A stretch of 64,000 nucleotides of DNA from Nitrospirota bacterium. GTDB taxonomy: Bacteria; Nitrospirota; Nitrospiria; Nitrospirales; Nitrospiraceae. Location of the stretch: positions 448,001 through 512,000 of the forward strand of contig CAVPBK010000009.1 of NCBI GenBank assembly GCA_963701855.1, in the 5' to 3' direction. Positions 61,111 to 64,000 of the stretch are shown here, piece by piece. The translations under genes were made by a program, and so were the position numbers. The notes under the pieces are model-generated. The model saw only the letters and a program-made list of their open reading frames with translations, was not told the origin of the DNA and did no database searches. The number at the start of each line of letters is the position of its first letter. Positions within the stretch are counted from its first letter, which is position 1.

Positions 61111-62170
61111 CTACATCCAGTCGATTAGAAGAAGGCCCGCACCAACTGTCGTTTGAGCATGGTTGTAATCAATCAGACTTTCGCCATAGCCGGTGAAGAC
61201 CTGCACATACCCCTTCAATTGACGGTACAGCGGAAAACTCCAGTCTGCCTGCATCGCGCCGTACAAATTCCAGAAGTTGAGATTACTACGCAGCAGAAGT
61301 GAGACCATGTGACCGCTCCGTTCGTAGATCGCGACAATATCGCCGTGGCCCATGTATGTCGTGATATCGGGGTTGTTATCATCGGTCCAATCTTCTTGAA
61401 TCCGATACCAGGGTCTTACCATGATCCCGAACCCGCCCCCGCTCAAATCCGAACTGTGCATAGATCCGATTCCAACTACGGGACAACGGTTCTTGCCGAC
61501 CGTTGGATTGATGCACCAGGCCAATATTGATAAAGCGTCCCCTCAGCCCAAACAGATCATAATCCGTATGGATGACGCCCATGAGTTCCGGTTCATAGTT
61601 GTTCTCGCGAAAGGGGGATGAGATGGCTTTGTTATATATCTGAAAGAAGGAGAGTTGTGTATACCCGATCTATAAATCGAAGCGGTCTTTTACCTCCAAG
61701 GCTTTCACCTTGAATGAAATCTGAAATTTCACTTCTGTATTGATATAGCCCAGCGATTCTGGAACTGTGCCCTGCATGGGGGCTGAAGGCTGATTGTTCA
61801 CGTTAGTCGTGGTGCGGGCGAGTAAGAGGTAGGACTGCTTATGCGGGCTAATCGAAAAAATCCCGTGCTCCGTGCCAGGGTCGAGTTTCCAGCGGCGGCC
61901 CATTAGCGTTGGCGTGCCATTCGAATCCTGAACCGCCGGCTGCTTCGTTCGCTGTTTCTCCGCCTCGTCATAGCACTTCAAGCGCTCAGCGTCCGACTCA
62001 ACAGTCCGACATGCCGCACCAGCCTGTGGCATGCCGGACTCGGGGGATTCCGCTGACCATCCGGTGTTTGTGAGGATGAAGATGCTACCGAGAAAGAGCC
62101 AAATTTTGATGATGGCATACAGATATGCCCGTCCTCTCAAGAAAGTATCCCGCCGACCTCTATTCCCCAC
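61111..62170 (-). pseudogene. pldA: Outer-membrane phospholipase A pseudogene
   Basis: EVKFQISFK...DL*IGYTQ...[12 protein letters not shown]...HQSNG...SRSWNR (frameshift near 61435) ...GYGESLIDYN. Confidence 0.9.
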
Positions 62171-62464
62171 GAACGGGATCGCTCCTATGTCGCGTTGGGC
62201 GAACCACTATTTCATCAGCCCATGACCATCAGGGCAAGAATTTCTTATCCAATCATCCTCTTTATTGATCGTTCACACGCCCGATCCGCCTACACCTCCC
62301 GCCGTAGAGAAACCGATAACCGCATGCTGCTACGGCATGAGCTTCGCGGCAATCAGCAGGCAAGATTGAGTCATGCTCACATAACTACCTAAAAGCATGT
62401 ATCTCGGCCCGGGCGAGTAGGGTGCGCCGAATCCCAACAAAAATCTAACATTCGCCTTCTACTA

Positions 62465-63297
62465 GAACCTTTCTCAAAATTGCCTGAGCAGCATCGTGAT
62501 GCATGCGAGTTGCACAAATCCCAGGAAGTTGGTGGCGTAGTACTCCCAGCGAATCAGTAAGCGTCGCTTCCATTGGAGCCAGGCAAAGAACCGTTCGACG
62601 AGCCAGCGACGTTGATAGCGGCGAAGAGACCGGCCGTCTTGGGTCTTGAGCTTGCGGGTGGATCGATGCGGGGCAATCAGGTTCACCCCGTCCTGCTTGA
62701 GGTTCACATCGAGCCCATCACTGTCATACGCCCGATCGCCAATGAGATGCTCGGGCTTGGCCTCCAGCATGTAGAAGTCGAAGCTGAGTTGCACCAACGT
62801 GACCTCATGATGGTTGGCCGCATGTGTACTCACGGAAAGGGGCAGCCCATGCCGATCCACTATCGCCAGGATTTTCACGCCTTTGCCGCGTTTGGTGAGA
62901 CCCACGGCGTCGCCGCCGCCCTTGGCTGCGGCAAACATAGCATCGATGAAACTCTCGTGTTCGTCGAGCGCTCCCCCTTCACACAGCGTATTGGCTAGCT
63001 GCGTAAGGATCTCACGCAGGACCTCGTGCTAACACCACTGTTGAAACCGGCGATGGACGGTTTTGTAATTCGGATAGCACTGCGGCAGCAGATGCCATTG
63101 CGCGCCGGTGTTCAGAATCTAGAGCACCGCCTCCAACACAGCCCGTGTGGGCACGGGTTTACGACCCGACGGATGTCCGGGATGTGTTCCTCGTGGAAAT
63201 GTTCACGAATCCGGTCCCATTGGTCATCGCGCAGGCGCAGCATGCAAATACTTATACGTACGTATGTTCACAGTGTCAACAATTTTGAGATAGGTTC
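62465..63297 (-). mobile_element. IS5-family element with inactivated transposase (63243-62474)
   Basis: IRs GAACCT(T/A)TCTCAAAATTG (17/18) in CTAG context; TGAQW, FIDA, GDRAYDSD and RWLVERFFAW motifs; frameshift near 63170 and two in-frame TAGs. Confidence 0.9.
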
Positions 63298-63300
63298 TAG

Positions 63301-63476
63301 TGTTGGTTGCCAAGTTGGTGCCAAAACACCATGACACACCATGATCCATGATGATCTGCACCATCACTAATCCTCCCTCTTTGCTGATGATTGCTCTTGT
63401 TGAGTGTTCTGAGGTGGGTTATTCTCGCGACTCTTAATCAGCGAGACCGTAGATTCGACCCCTACACGGCCCATCA
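63301..63476 (+). repeat. att-like module ending in a tRNA-Lys(CUU) 3'-half relic (63429-63476)
   Basis: gactcttaatcagcg...gtagattcgacccctacacggcccatca; no tRNA 5' half. Confidence 0.75.
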
Positions 63477-63526
63477 AAAATCAATACCTTATATGTCATA
63501 ATCATCCGTTTCTCCCACAGGCCTGC

Positions 63527-63598
63527 TCAGGTATTTTTCCAGGAACTCTCAGAAATCCCCTGATACTCATTCATGTACCCGTTGTGTAAACGTATAGA
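63527..63598 (+). promoter_or_regulatory. Second copy of the 58685 promoter module
   Basis: tcaggtatttttccag...ctcag...cctgatac...ttgtgt...gtata. Confidence 0.55.
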
Positions 63599-63682
63599 TG
63601 AAAGGTCATATGACTCCCTGGCGAACTCAGGGGGTTGGAAGACACGGGTTTCGAACTACCAATCATTAACAAGGAGGTTGTC

Positions 63683-64000
63683 ATGGTATCCCTTCCAAAA
63701 ATCATCGGTGTCCTCTCATGCGGTGTTGTGCTGTGCCTGAGTCTGGCCGATGCATCGCAGGCATTTCGCCTTGACCCTTGTGCCAGTCGAAAAGGTGGTC
63801 TCCCGAATCTCCTGCAGTGTAGTCAAGAAGAACGGCAGGGCATTCAAACCATCAAGGGCGAGGTCCTGCGCGTGGACGGCGATACGCTTGTCGTTGAGCG
63901 ATTTAATGGGCAGGAAGTGCAGTTGCCAGTCACCGCAGCCCTGAGAAACGGCCACGTATTCGAGCCAGGAGATTGGATTGAGGCGAAACTCGCCGAAGTG
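63683..64000 (+). CDS. Exported OB-fold-like hypothetical protein, truncated by the window end
   Basis: AAGGAGG RBS; MVSLPKIIGVLSCG...TIKGEVLRV...GDWIEAKL; paralogue of 40079-40345. Confidence 0.75.
   Translation, partial: MVSLPKIIGVLSCGVVLCLSLADASQAFRLDPCASRKGGLPNLLQCSQEERQGIQTIKGEVLRVDGDTLVVERFNGQEVQLPVTAALRNGHVFEPGDWIEAKLAEV

Noticed and set aside
63429..63476. Functional tRNA-Lys or tRNA-Thr genes (also 42492 and 45907)
   Set aside because: Only 3' halves are present; there is no D-arm or 5' acceptor strand, and the CCA ends are mutated.

Overview
High-GC bacterial chromosome window. Gene content and intergenic repeat families suggest Nitrospira; this is an inference, not a database result. 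About 1.8-34.1 kb is mostly core genome. It holds a degenerate AmrB/MEMO protein and an uncharacterised 7-gene operon built around a GlmL/MutL-type ASKHA ATPase plus membrane proteins, with no B12 mutase in the window. It also holds ung, a ProA paralogue lacking the catalytic Cys, ltaE, gnd, zwf, a HEAT/HD-GYP pair, skp, a radical SAM gene and serS, with many MITE-like repeats between genes. From 34.15 kb to the end is an accessory mosaic. It starts with a ~7.8 kb tyrosine-integrase element that duplicates the 5' half, not the 3' end, of tRNA-Ser(UGA). Orphan tRNA-Lys and tRNA-Thr att relics follow, then signalling genes, NDH-2, a multicopper oxidase, a GH13 enzyme and many pseudogenes (IS5, IS256 and IS3 remnants, pldA, thermonucleases). 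The best-supported highlight is an intact IS110 element (59875-61030). Its bridge-RNA guides can be read from the sequence: they match its own ends and its insertion site, and that site is the terminal inverted repeat of a ~105 bp IS3-derived miniature element. No CRISPR array or rRNA was seen.
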